From: Ructibacterium sp.
Lineage (GTDB): Bacteria; Bacillota; Clostridia; Monoglobales; Monoglobaceae
NCBI GenBank assembly: GCA_045539735.1
Contig: JAZQFW010000032.1
Span: forward strand, 11,827-75,826
Reading direction: 5' to 3'
Length of the DNA stretch: 64,000 bases
A program made the position numbers and the translations under genes. Shown one piece after another: positions 48,560 to 57,967 of this stretch. The notes below the pieces were generated by a model. The model did not search any database. It worked only from the letters and a program-made list of their open reading frames with translations, and was not told the DNA's origin. Numbering within the stretch: the first letter of the stretch is position 1; each line of letters opens with the position of its first letter.

Positions 48560-51500
48560 ATGAGAAGATTTAAAACACTTCTTGCATCGGTTCTCACTTT
48601 GGCAATGCTTGCAAGTTGCGTACTCCCTGTTTCGGCACTTGGCATCTTTGATTCTGTGGTAATCGAATTCCCACAAGATAAGCAGCAGTACAGTTTTGAG
48701 GCGGAAGACGAAAGAGTTACCGTCAACAACAAGCGTTTCTATGAAAAAGAGAGACCGGAAGATGCCTCCGGAGGCATTGTTCTGGAAGGTATGGGTGGTT
48801 GGACGACAGCAACTCCGCCGGTAGAACAAGGCGGCGATGTATCTTTCACCATCAATGTTCCGGAAGACGGCGTCTACACCTTTTGGCTGAGAAACGACCC
48901 CATGGCAGATGGCGAGTCCTCACTCTGGCAAAGAATTGATGACGATGGCTATAAGCAGTATTGGCCACGTGGTTCTAAAAATACCCTGCAATGGTATCTC
49001 TTTAACTTAAGATACCTGACCAAGGGTGAGCACACGGTGGATATCATTCCCCGTGATACCGGTGTTAACTATGACCGGTTCCTCGTTTCCAGAACCGTAG
49101 GCTTCAGTCCCAACGGGCTCGACGGCTTTGGCGAACTTGATACCATAAAAGCGGGCGAATACTTCAATGCACCTCCGGTGGTTCCGCCGGCAAATGTGCA
49201 TCCTCGTTTGATGTTTACCAATAAGGATATTCCCAAAATCAAACATGGGATTGAGAACATCGAGGCAAACAAGATTGTCTATGACAAATTGGTGAAGTTA
49301 GCAAAACAAGAGGAAGAAATCGACGGTAAACTCGACCCATTGGCGTCAGAAACGTACAACGGTAATACCACATGGGAGGGTATCATTACTGCCTGCGCAT
49401 TTATGTATGCACTTGACCCGGAAAACAACTATCACTATGGCAGACGTGCCTATGAACTTTACATGAACTATACCAGCACCTATATCTGTACCACGGCGTA
49501 TGCATACCATACCCGTAACTACGGCGATATCATGCGTGTTGGTTCCGAGGTTTACGACTGGTGCTATCATATCCTCACACCTGAGGAGAGGGAGAACCTC
49601 TATAAGACCATGATGGCTTATGTAGTACAGTTAGAGATTGGTTGGCCGCCGATTTCTCAGTCCTCTTTTAACTCCCATGCGGTAGAGTCTCAGCTCCCTA
49701 TTGATTTGATGAGTTTTGCAACCGCAGTCTATGATGAACACCCCGATGTTTGGGACGCGGTAGCCGGCAGACTCTATCAGGAGATTATCCCGGCACAGAA
49801 CTTTACCTACCGCGGCGGTGCAATGAGTGAGGGTACTGACTATACTTTGGCACGTGTATGTAACATTTATTACTGTATGCATATGCTCAAGGCCATGGGT
49901 TATACCGACCAGTTTGACGATGAATCGTTGGAACAGGTCATGTATACATGGATTATGAAAAAGCGTCCGGATGATGGCCTTTTAAGTAACGGTGACTGCT
50001 GGAACCTAACGCCTGGCGTCTATTCCGTTGATTTTGTTAGTTTCCTGCACTACACCTATTACAAAAACCCCTATACCAAACACCTGCACTCTATGTCGGG
50101 GAATGGTTCGGGTACCTATACCTCAGCCGGCGGTAACAACCCGGTGACTCCGTCACTCTTCCTGACCCTGAATACCGAAGAGGTGGAGGAGAAGACTTGG
50201 GATGATTTGCCGCTTGCATATCACTACGGTGATGATGAAGGTACAGGTACTGAGGCGGGGCTCCTGATTCGCAGTGACTGGAATCAAACCAATGCATTCG
50301 GTGATTATGGTTATAACATTGGACTTAATTTTGCAACCCATATGATTGGCGGTCACCAGCACTTGGATTCCGGTGCCTTCCAGATTACCTATGGTAACGG
50401 TTTGGCACTCGATACCGGTGTCTATAACTCATCATCCTATATCGGCAACGATGGACAGACCGTCAACGGCGGTCTTGGATGGGGCGGTTACACCCATCAT
50501 AACTATACCACACTTACCATCGCACATAATGCGATGCTGATTCGCGGCGACGATACCAAGCGCGTGGTTGGTCAATCCTCCAACTCTTGGGCAGGTTCTT
50601 CCACAGCCTATGTGGATGACGGCGGACAAATCGGTGACTCGGCTGCGTGGATGGGAAGAAGAGATTTTCAATCCAAAGGTATGGAGGATGAAACCTTCCA
50701 TTGGGACGCAAAGCAGACTCAGGTTACGCTGACCAGCAGACTGGCACAGACCACCAAGATGATGGGTTGGGATGCATATCCTGATTTAAAGGCTCCCGAT
50801 TATGCTTATATCAGCGGTGATTTGACCTATTCCTATCCGGCCCCCCGTGTTTCGGATTACTTCCGCAGTTTCGTTTATCTTAATTTAAACGAAGAAGGGG
50901 AAGACCGTGATGAGGCCGCACTTCTGGTTTATGATAACATGGAAGCGGCAACTCAGGGGCTTGACAAGGTATGGCTTCTCCATACGCAGGAAGAACCCAC
51001 CATTGAGGGGAACCGAGTGACCCTACAGAGAACCGAGCGTAGTTATTCAGCCAAGATGATTAACGATACTCTTCTGCCCAAAGAGCCCACCTACGAAATC
51101 ATTGGTGGTACCGGTAGAGAATTTGAGGTTAATGGTGTCAATATGCCTCGTGAAAGTACCAAGGCGCTGCACGAAGCAGGTAAATGGCGTGTAGAGATTG
51201 GAAACAAATACAACCAGATTCAAGACGACTTTATGAATGTCATCCAGATTGGGAAAAAGGATTCCCCTGTTTATGAAACCGAACTGGTACAAAATGATGA
51301 CAACTTTGTCGGTACCAAGATTAAGAATCGTGTTGTCATGATGTCCAAGTCCAAAACCAAGTACAAAAAGGCAGTGGAAATCGGCATTGACGAGAAGAAT
51401 GAGGGTGAATTTACCTACATTGTAACCGGTGTTGCAAAGGGTAGATGGAAGATTTTAAAGGATGGCAAAGAGATTGCAACCTATGATGTTGCAGACGCAC

Positions 51501-52381
51501 ATCCCACCCTTAACTTTAAGGCACCTGCCGGCAAGTACCGTCTGGAATGGAGTTATATCGCAGACGAGCCTGACCGTGATATGACCTTTATGGGTAACGT
51601 TGTGGAGAAGAATAAGTCGATTGTCAAGACCAAGATTGGTACTTCTTATATTGACTTTATCCATCCCATGATTGAGATGAATGGAACCCAATGGCTCCAT
51701 GTCAAAGAGTTGATTCAGTACATCGGTTTTGAGGACCATGAGTACTCCTTCTCGGAAGACGGACGTACCCTGACCCTTGGCAAATACACCATGGAAGTCA
51801 GTGATGACCCCAACGAAACCAAGGCGCTAAAGTATATTGACGGCGAACTTTATGTCCCCATTATCAATATGGATACTGAGTTCTCCTCGGCAGCGTACTG
51901 GTATCCGGCATGTCAGGGTCTGGTAGTTGCAGTTCAGGGTAGAATTTCCGCCGATGACCAGGCGAGAATCTACGATTGGAATCTCCCCGGATTCTTGATG
52001 CCCAAGAAAGGTAGCCAGTCCAACGTTTCCGGTTCTACCAACATTTATGACGCGGTGGATAAAAATGCAGGTTCTTATATGTATGCGGGCGGAATCAACG
52101 ACTGGGCAAAGATTGAACTGAAAGAGGCGGCATCTGTCAAGAGAGCAGAAATCTACTGGCATGTTGGTAATACCAGAAAGATGAAGTTTGAAATCTTTGT
52201 ATCACCGGATGATGAGAACTACACCTCTGTCTTTAAGGGAGAATCTGACGGTGCAACCAAAGGATTTGAAACCTTTAACCTGGCACCGAATGAGAACACC
52301 AAGTTCATCAAGATTGTTGGTTACGGAAACGATAAAGGTGATGCGTTCTCCGTCAACTCGATGAGATTCTTTAGCAAGTAA
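48560..52381 (+). CDS. Secreted heparinase II (PL21)-like lyase with CBM-like, CuAO-N-like and F5/8 type C (CBM32-like) domains
   Basis: FEAED, HPRLMF, YDWCY, SHAVE, EGTDY, HQHLDSGAFQITY...ALDTG, TIAHN, DDGGQ, KVWLLHT, GKWRVE; C-terminal WAKIEL...FEIFVSPDDENY. Confidence 0.85.
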   Translation: MRRFKTLLASVLTLAMLASCVLPVSALGIFDSVVIEFPQDKQQYSFEAEDERVTVNNKRFYEKERPEDASGGIVLEGMGGWTTATPPVEQGGDVSFTINVPEDGVYTFWLRNDPMADGESSLWQRIDDDGYKQYWPRGSKNTLQWYLFNLRYLTKGEHTVDIIPRDTGVNYDRFLVSRTVGFSPNGLDGFGELDTIKAGEYFNAPPVVPPANVHPRLMFTNKDIPKIKHGIENIEANKIVYDKLVKLAKQEEEIDGKLDPLASETYNGNTTWEGIITACAFMYALDPENNYHYGRRAYELYMNYTSTYICTTAYAYHTRNYGDIMRVGSEVYDWCYHILTPEERENLYKTMMAYVVQLEIGWPPISQSSFNSHAVESQLPIDLMSFATAVYDEHPDVWDAVAGRLYQEIIPAQNFTYRGGAMSEGTDYTLARVCNIYYCMHMLKAMGYTDQFDDESLEQVMYTWIMKKRPDDGLLSNGDCWNLTPGVYSVDFVSFLHYTYYKNPYTKHLHSMSGNGSGTYTSAGGNNPVTPSLFLTLNTEEVEEKTWDDLPLAYHYGDDEGTGTEAGLLIRSDWNQTNAFGDYGYNIGLNFATHMIGGHQHLDSGAFQITYGNGLALDTGVYNSSSYIGNDGQTVNGGLGWGGYTHHNYTTLTIAHNAMLIRGDDTKRVVGQSSNSWAGSSTAYVDDGGQIGDSAAWMGRRDFQSKGMEDETFHWDAKQTQVTLTSRLAQTTKMMGWDAYPDLKAPDYAYISGDLTYSYPAPRVSDYFRSFVYLNLNEEGEDRDEAALLVYDNMEAATQGLDKVWLLHTQEEPTIEGNRVTLQRTERSYSAKMINDTLLPKEPTYEIIGGTGREFEVNGVNMPRESTKALHEAGKWRVEIGNKYNQIQDDFMNVIQIGKKDSPVYETELVQNDDNFVGTKIKNRVVMMSKSKTKYKKAVEIGIDEKNEGEFTYIVTGVAKGRWKILKDGKEIATYDVADAHPTLNFKAPAGKYRLEWSYIADEPDRDMTFMGNVVEKNKSIVKTKIGTSYIDFIHPMIEMNGTQWLHVKELIQYIGFEDHEYSFSEDGRTLTLGKYTMEVSDDPNETKALKYIDGELYVPIINMDTEFSSAAYWYPACQGLVVAVQGRISADDQARIYDWNLPGFLMPKKGSQSNVSGSTNIYDAVDKNAGSYMYAGGINDWAKIELKEAASVKRAEIYWHVGNTRKMKFEIFVSPDDENYTSVFKGESDGATKGFETFNLAPNENTKFIKIVGYGNDKGDAFSVNSMRFFSK

Positions 52382-52396
52382 TACAGGAGGGAATGT

Positions 52397-55300
52397 ATGA
52401 AACGAATGAAAACGGTTCTTGCGTTTCTCCTCACGCTGACAATTCTGTCAGGCTGCATTCTTCCTGTTTCGGCTGCTCAGTCTTCGGTCATTGAGTTCCC
52501 TGAGAATCAGATGCACCTCAGTTTAGAGGCAGAAGATGACAGAATCAAGGTCAACAGTAATCAACTTACCAACCAAGAGAGAGAAGATGCCTCCGGCGGG
52601 GTTGTGTTAAACGGCACGGGAGAGTGGTTTACCACCACTCCCCCTGCCGAGCAAGAAGGCGATATTCATTTCAGCCTTTCTGTGCCGGAAGACGGTATCT
52701 ATAACTTCTGGGTTCGGCTGGATGTTTTGTCAGACGGAGAATGTTCCCTCTGGCAGCGTATTGACAGCGAAGGCTATCGCAATTATTGGCCCAGAGGTGC
52801 TAAGAACACCCTTCAATGGTATTTGTTTAACCGGATGTACCTCTCCAAAGGTGAACACATGGTGGACATCGTTGCCCGTGACATTGGTGTCAATTATGAC
52901 AGAATTTTGGTTTCCAACGATTCTGCTTTCAAACCCAATGGTCCCGATGGCTTTGGCGAGGTGGATACCTTGACCGGAGGAGAGTATTATAATCTGCCTC
53001 CGGTGCTTCCACCCCAAAACCAACATCCGCGTCTGATGTTTACACAGAAGGATATTCCTGCTATCAAGCACGCCATTGAGAGTGTTGAGGCTAACAAGAT
53101 TGTTTATGAGAAACTGCTTCAGTTAGCAAAACAAGAGGCGGATATTGACGGTAAACTTAACCCTCAGTCATCAAAAACCTACAACGGTAAGCCGGAGTGG
53201 GAGGGTGTCATTACTTCCTGTGCATTTATGTATGCACTTGATCCGGAGAACAACGCACACTACGGAAGACGCGCCTATGAACTTTACATGAACTACACCG
53301 CAACTTATGTCTGTACTACGGCGTATTCCTATCATACTCGCAATTGCGGTGACATGATGCGCCTCGGTTCCGAGGTCTATGACTGGTGTTATCACATCCT
53401 CACGCCTGAGGAGAGAGAAAACCTTTATAGAACCATGATGTCTTATGCAATGCAGTTGGAGATTGGGTGGCCGCCCATTGCACAGTCTTCCTTTAACTCC
53501 CATGCGGTAGAGTCCCAACTCCCCATTGATTTGATGAGTTTTGCAACTGCAATTTATGACGAACATCCCGATGTTTGGAATGCTGTTGCAGGAAGACTCT
53601 ATCAGGAAATCATCCCCGCGCAGAACTTTCTCTATAAAGGCGGTGCGATGAGCGAAGGCACGGACTATACGCTCGCGCGTGTATGTAATATCTACTACTG
53701 TATGCACATGCTCAAAGCCATGGGATATACTGACCAGTTTGATGACAAATCTCTGGAACAGGTAATGTATTCATGGATTATGAAGAAGCGTCCCGATGAC
53801 GGACTTTTAAGCAATGGTGACTGCTGGAACATTACATCAGGCATTTACTCGGTGGATTTTGTAAGTTTTCTGCACTATACCTATTATAACAACCCCTACA
53901 CCAAGCATTTGTACAACATGGCAGGGGACGGTTCAGGAACCTACACGGTGAGCAGCGGCAACAATGCATTGACGCCGGCGCTGTTTCTTGCACTCAATAA
54001 AACAGAGGTAGAAGAAAAAACGTGGGACGACTTGCCGCTGGCATATCACTATGGCGGAGATGGTACCGGTACCGAAGATGGTCTCCTGATTCGCAGTAAC
54101 TGGACGCAGACCAATGCCGCGGGTGACTATGGTTATAACATCAACGTGAACTATGCACCCTATATGCTTGGCGGTCATCAACATTTAAACTCCGGTGCGT
54201 TTCAAATTACTTACGGAAATGGTTTGGCACTGGATAGTGGTATCTATAACTCTTCATCCTATATCGGAAATGACGGACAGACCGTAAGTTCCGGTCTCGG
54301 ATGGGGCGGATATACCCATCACAACTACACTACACTCACCATTGCTCACAATGCGATGCTGATTCGCGGTGATGAAACCAAACGCATTGTCGGACAGTCC
54401 CACAACTCATGGAAGGGCGGCGACACCGGCAGAGCAGGCGGATATGTGGATGACGGCGGTCAGATTGGTGACTCCGTTGCGTGGCCGGGAAGAAGAGGCG
54501 GCGTTGCAGACGGAACCTTCCACCAAGGGGCAGAATTGAAAAAGATTACGCTGGATCACAAATTGGCAGAGGGTACCAAGATGATGGGTTGGGATGCGTA
54601 TCCTGATTTAAAGGCACCCGATTATGCCTACATCAGCGGTGATTTAACTTATTCCTATCCGGCAGCCCGTGTGAAAAATTATTTCCGCAGTTTCGTTTAC
54701 CTCAACTTAAACGAAGAAGGGGAAGATCGTGATGAGGCTGCGCTTCTGGTTTATGATAACATGGAAGCGGCAACCGAAGGACTTGACAAGGTATGGCTTT
54801 TGCATACACAGGAAGAGCCTACCATAAAGGGCAACCGTGTTACCTTGCAGAGAACCGAGCGCGGTTACTCTGCTAAGATGATTAACGACACTTTGCTTCC
54901 TGCAAACCCTGCCTATGAAATCATTGGCGGTAAGGGCAGAGAGTTTGAAGTAAATGGCGTGAATATGCCCCGTGTCAGTACCAAAGCACAGTTTGAAGCG
55001 GGCAAATGGCGGGTGGAAATCGGTAATAAGAGTCACCAATTGCAAGATGACTTTATGAACGTCATTCAGATTGGTAAAAAAGATTCTCCCGTTTACGACA
55101 CCGAACTGGTGCAGAACGATAAAAACTTTGTCGGTACCAAGATTAAAGATCGGGTCGTTATGATGTCCAAATCCAAAACCAAGTACACAAAGACTTTGCA
55201 TATTGGCATTGATACGAAGAACAAGGGTGAGTTTACCTATATTGTAACCGGTGTTGCAAAGGGTAGATGGAAGATTTTTAAAGATAACAAACTGATTCAA

Positions 55301-56203
55301 ACCTATTATGTTGCAGAAGAACATCCCACCCTCAACTTTAAGGCGCCTGCCGGTAAGTATCGGCTGGAATGGCACAGGACATCTCAAGACCCTGACCGTG
55401 ACATGACCTTTATGGGTAATGTTGTAGAGAAGAATAAGTCAATGGTAAAGACAAAGATTGGTTCTTCTTATATCGACTTTGTTCATCCCGTGGTTGAGAT
55501 GAACGGAACCAAGTGGCTCCATGTCAAAGAGTTGATGCAGTACATCGGCTTTGAAGAAAACGAGTATTCATTCTCTGAGGATGGACGGACATTGACTCTG
55601 ATGGGAAATACCATGACGGTTAGCGATGACCCCAATGAAACCAATGCCCTTAAACTGATTGATGGGGAACTATATGTACCTATCATCAATATGGGAGCCA
55701 TGTTCTCCTCCGAGGCGAAATGGTATCCGGTGAGTCAATGCGTTTATGTTTCGGTCATAGGCAGAATTCCTTCAGAGGAGGAGGCGAGAATTTTTGATTG
55801 GGCTGAGCCCGATTTCTTGCTACCTAAGAAAGGATACCAGTCTAGCCTGACCATGACAAACAATATCTATGATGCACTGGATGAGAACTCCGGTACGTAT
55901 ATGTACGCCGGCGTAGAAAACGACTGGGCGAAGATTGAACTGCGTGAACCGGCAACCGTCAAACGTGCAGAAATATACTGGCATGTAGGCAACACCAGAA
56001 AGATGAAGTTTGAGATTCAGGTATCTCCCGATGATGAGAATTATACTTCGGTCTTCAATGGTGAATCCGACGGGGCAACTAAAGGGTTTGAAACCTTTAT
56101 GCTTCAAGAAAATAAAAATACGAAATACATCAAAATAATCGGTTACGGAAACGATAAAGGTTCTGCGTTCTCCGTCAACTCGATGAGATTCTTTAGTAAG
56201 TAA
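52397..56203 (+). CDS. Tandem paralogue of the preceding PL21-like lyase
   Basis: Colinear over its full length with long identical peptide blocks; carries HQHLNSG in place of HQHLDSG. Confidence 0.85.
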   Translation: MKRMKTVLAFLLTLTILSGCILPVSAAQSSVIEFPENQMHLSLEAEDDRIKVNSNQLTNQEREDASGGVVLNGTGEWFTTTPPAEQEGDIHFSLSVPEDGIYNFWVRLDVLSDGECSLWQRIDSEGYRNYWPRGAKNTLQWYLFNRMYLSKGEHMVDIVARDIGVNYDRILVSNDSAFKPNGPDGFGEVDTLTGGEYYNLPPVLPPQNQHPRLMFTQKDIPAIKHAIESVEANKIVYEKLLQLAKQEADIDGKLNPQSSKTYNGKPEWEGVITSCAFMYALDPENNAHYGRRAYELYMNYTATYVCTTAYSYHTRNCGDMMRLGSEVYDWCYHILTPEERENLYRTMMSYAMQLEIGWPPIAQSSFNSHAVESQLPIDLMSFATAIYDEHPDVWNAVAGRLYQEIIPAQNFLYKGGAMSEGTDYTLARVCNIYYCMHMLKAMGYTDQFDDKSLEQVMYSWIMKKRPDDGLLSNGDCWNITSGIYSVDFVSFLHYTYYNNPYTKHLYNMAGDGSGTYTVSSGNNALTPALFLALNKTEVEEKTWDDLPLAYHYGGDGTGTEDGLLIRSNWTQTNAAGDYGYNINVNYAPYMLGGHQHLNSGAFQITYGNGLALDSGIYNSSSYIGNDGQTVSSGLGWGGYTHHNYTTLTIAHNAMLIRGDETKRIVGQSHNSWKGGDTGRAGGYVDDGGQIGDSVAWPGRRGGVADGTFHQGAELKKITLDHKLAEGTKMMGWDAYPDLKAPDYAYISGDLTYSYPAARVKNYFRSFVYLNLNEEGEDRDEAALLVYDNMEAATEGLDKVWLLHTQEEPTIKGNRVTLQRTERGYSAKMINDTLLPANPAYEIIGGKGREFEVNGVNMPRVSTKAQFEAGKWRVEIGNKSHQLQDDFMNVIQIGKKDSPVYDTELVQNDKNFVGTKIKDRVVMMSKSKTKYTKTLHIGIDTKNKGEFTYIVTGVAKGRWKIFKDNKLIQTYYVAEEHPTLNFKAPAGKYRLEWHRTSQDPDRDMTFMGNVVEKNKSMVKTKIGSSYIDFVHPVVEMNGTKWLHVKELMQYIGFEENEYSFSEDGRTLTLMGNTMTVSDDPNETNALKLIDGELYVPIINMGAMFSSEAKWYPVSQCVYVSVIGRIPSEEEARIFDWAEPDFLLPKKGYQSSLTMTNNIYDALDENSGTYMYAGVENDWAKIELREPATVKRAEIYWHVGNTRKMKFEIQVSPDDENYTSVFNGESDGATKGFETFMLQENKNTKYIKIIGYGNDKGSAFSVNSMRFFSK

Positions 56204-56218
56204 CACAGGAGGGTATCT

Positions 56219-57967
56219 ATGAAAAAGAAATTAATTTCATCTGTGCTGGCACTCCTGCTGGTGTGCATGACCGTATTTTCTGCGGTCAGTGCTGCACCTG
56301 CCGAGTGGCAGCCGGACAAACAGATTTCACCAGTGGAATTAAACAGTGAACTGGTATATCAGGTTAACCTGAAGGCAAACATCGGTGCAACCAATGCAGC
56401 GACTCCGGTTATCGTGAGAGTGGTAAAAGAAGCAGATGGCTTCACCGGACTCAGCGATTCCAAAGTTGTTTACATGGATCAAGCGGTTGCCGATGCTTAT
56501 GGCAATGTGTCTATTACATTTGTGGTAGACCAATATGGTGATTTTGCGGCAAACTTCCGTGTTATGAACGGAGAAACCTCTCAGGCAGTCCTCTTTAGTC
56601 TGCTTACAAAAACCGAGGTTGAAGGTATTGTAAGCAGTGCGTTTGCACCGTCTGCAGATACCGCCCAGATTCTTAGTGACAACAAGGAAGAGTTGAATCT
56701 GGATTTGACTTACTTTGATAAGTTAAAAGATGACAGTGCTGTTCTTGCAGAATTAGAGGCAAACAAGGCAAGCATTACACCTTATAACCTCGCAAAAATT
56801 CTGGAAGAAAAGACTCTGCTAGAATACATCAAAACATCCGATGACAAACTGGACATCAGTAAGGCACTTGATCGCTATGAGGGCAAATACCTCGCGCTCG
56901 GTGAGCAACAGTGGGCAAATATCTATGACACCTACCTTGCAATGAACGATACTGAAAAAACAGCGGCTATGGCTTATTTGCAGACCTATGCTCCGGCAAC
57001 CATCGGAGAGATTGCAGATGACTTCAATCAGGCAGTTATCTTTGCAGCAATTAAAACCATGGATAAGTTCGATTTGGATGAAGTAATCGGCGATAACAAT
57101 GACCTGCTTGGTCTTACTGGTTACGAAGATTTGGGAACTTCCCAAAAGACCGAATTCCTTGGTTTGTTGCAAGCACCGACTGCATCTTTGATTAATCTTG
57201 CAAGTGTGAAGAGCATCTATAATACATGGAAGAACCCGGCTCCAGGTCCCGGTGCAGGCGGCGGTGGTGCTATCAGTTCTCCCACCTATGCAAATCCGAC
57301 TGTGGGTGCAACCGGTGCGGTTGGTGCCTTTGGTGCAGACACCGATTTGGTCAAGGATCAGTTCCCTGAAACGCTGGATATCGCAACCAGTTTCTTAGAC
57401 CTTAAGGATGTTGCATGGGCAGAAACCGCAATTCGTTATCTGGCATTGATGGAAATTGTAAATGGTAAGGGCGACAGACAGTTCTGTCCCAACGATTCCG
57501 TCACCCGTGAGGAATTCATTAAGATGATTGTTGGCGCATTCGGTCTTTATGACCCGACTGCAACCTGCAACTTTACAGACGTTCCTGCTGAGCATTGGGC
57601 ACATTCCTATGTAGCATCTGCAGTGAACAGCGGACTGGTATTCGGTGTTTCAAATACTGAGTTTGGCGCAGGTCAGAACATCACCCGTGAAGATATGGCA
57701 ACTCTGCTTTATCGTATGATGGTAAAACTGAACACCATTGAGCGGATCAAAGAATTTACTTATAAGTTCGATGATATGGATCAGGTGAGCACCTATGCAG
57801 AATACGGCGTACTGATGCTCTATAACGGCGGTTACATTCAGGGAAGTGAAGGCAAGTTCTATCCCAAGAACACCGCAACTCGTGCAGAATCTGCACAGAT
57901 GGTTTACAATATTATGACCGGCAATGTCAACAAACCCGGTCAGGCAGAAGGAGGTAGTGCAGAATGA
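56219..57967 (+). CDS. Secreted protein with three C-terminal SLH domains
   Basis: Signal peptide, N-terminal beta domain, helical middle, PGPGAGGGG linker; SLH motifs VTREEF, ITREDM, ATRAES. Confidence 0.9.
   Translation: MKKKLISSVLALLLVCMTVFSAVSAAPAEWQPDKQISPVELNSELVYQVNLKANIGATNAATPVIVRVVKEADGFTGLSDSKVVYMDQAVADAYGNVSITFVVDQYGDFAANFRVMNGETSQAVLFSLLTKTEVEGIVSSAFAPSADTAQILSDNKEELNLDLTYFDKLKDDSAVLAELEANKASITPYNLAKILEEKTLLEYIKTSDDKLDISKALDRYEGKYLALGEQQWANIYDTYLAMNDTEKTAAMAYLQTYAPATIGEIADDFNQAVIFAAIKTMDKFDLDEVIGDNNDLLGLTGYEDLGTSQKTEFLGLLQAPTASLINLASVKSIYNTWKNPAPGPGAGGGGAISSPTYANPTVGATGAVGAFGADTDLVKDQFPETLDIATSFLDLKDVAWAETAIRYLALMEIVNGKGDRQFCPNDSVTREEFIKMIVGAFGLYDPTATCNFTDVPAEHWAHSYVASAVNSGLVFGVSNTEFGAGQNITREDMATLLYRMMVKLNTIERIKEFTYKFDDMDQVSTYAEYGVLMLYNGGYIQGSEGKFYPKNTATRAESAQMVYNIMTGNVNKPGQAEGGSAE

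Noticed and set aside
48560-56203. Possible diversity-generating retroelement (template and variable repeats) in the duplicated lyases or the GVRP-ending domain
   Set aside because: No reverse transcriptase in the window; the differences span whole genes, are largely synonymous and are not confined to adenines
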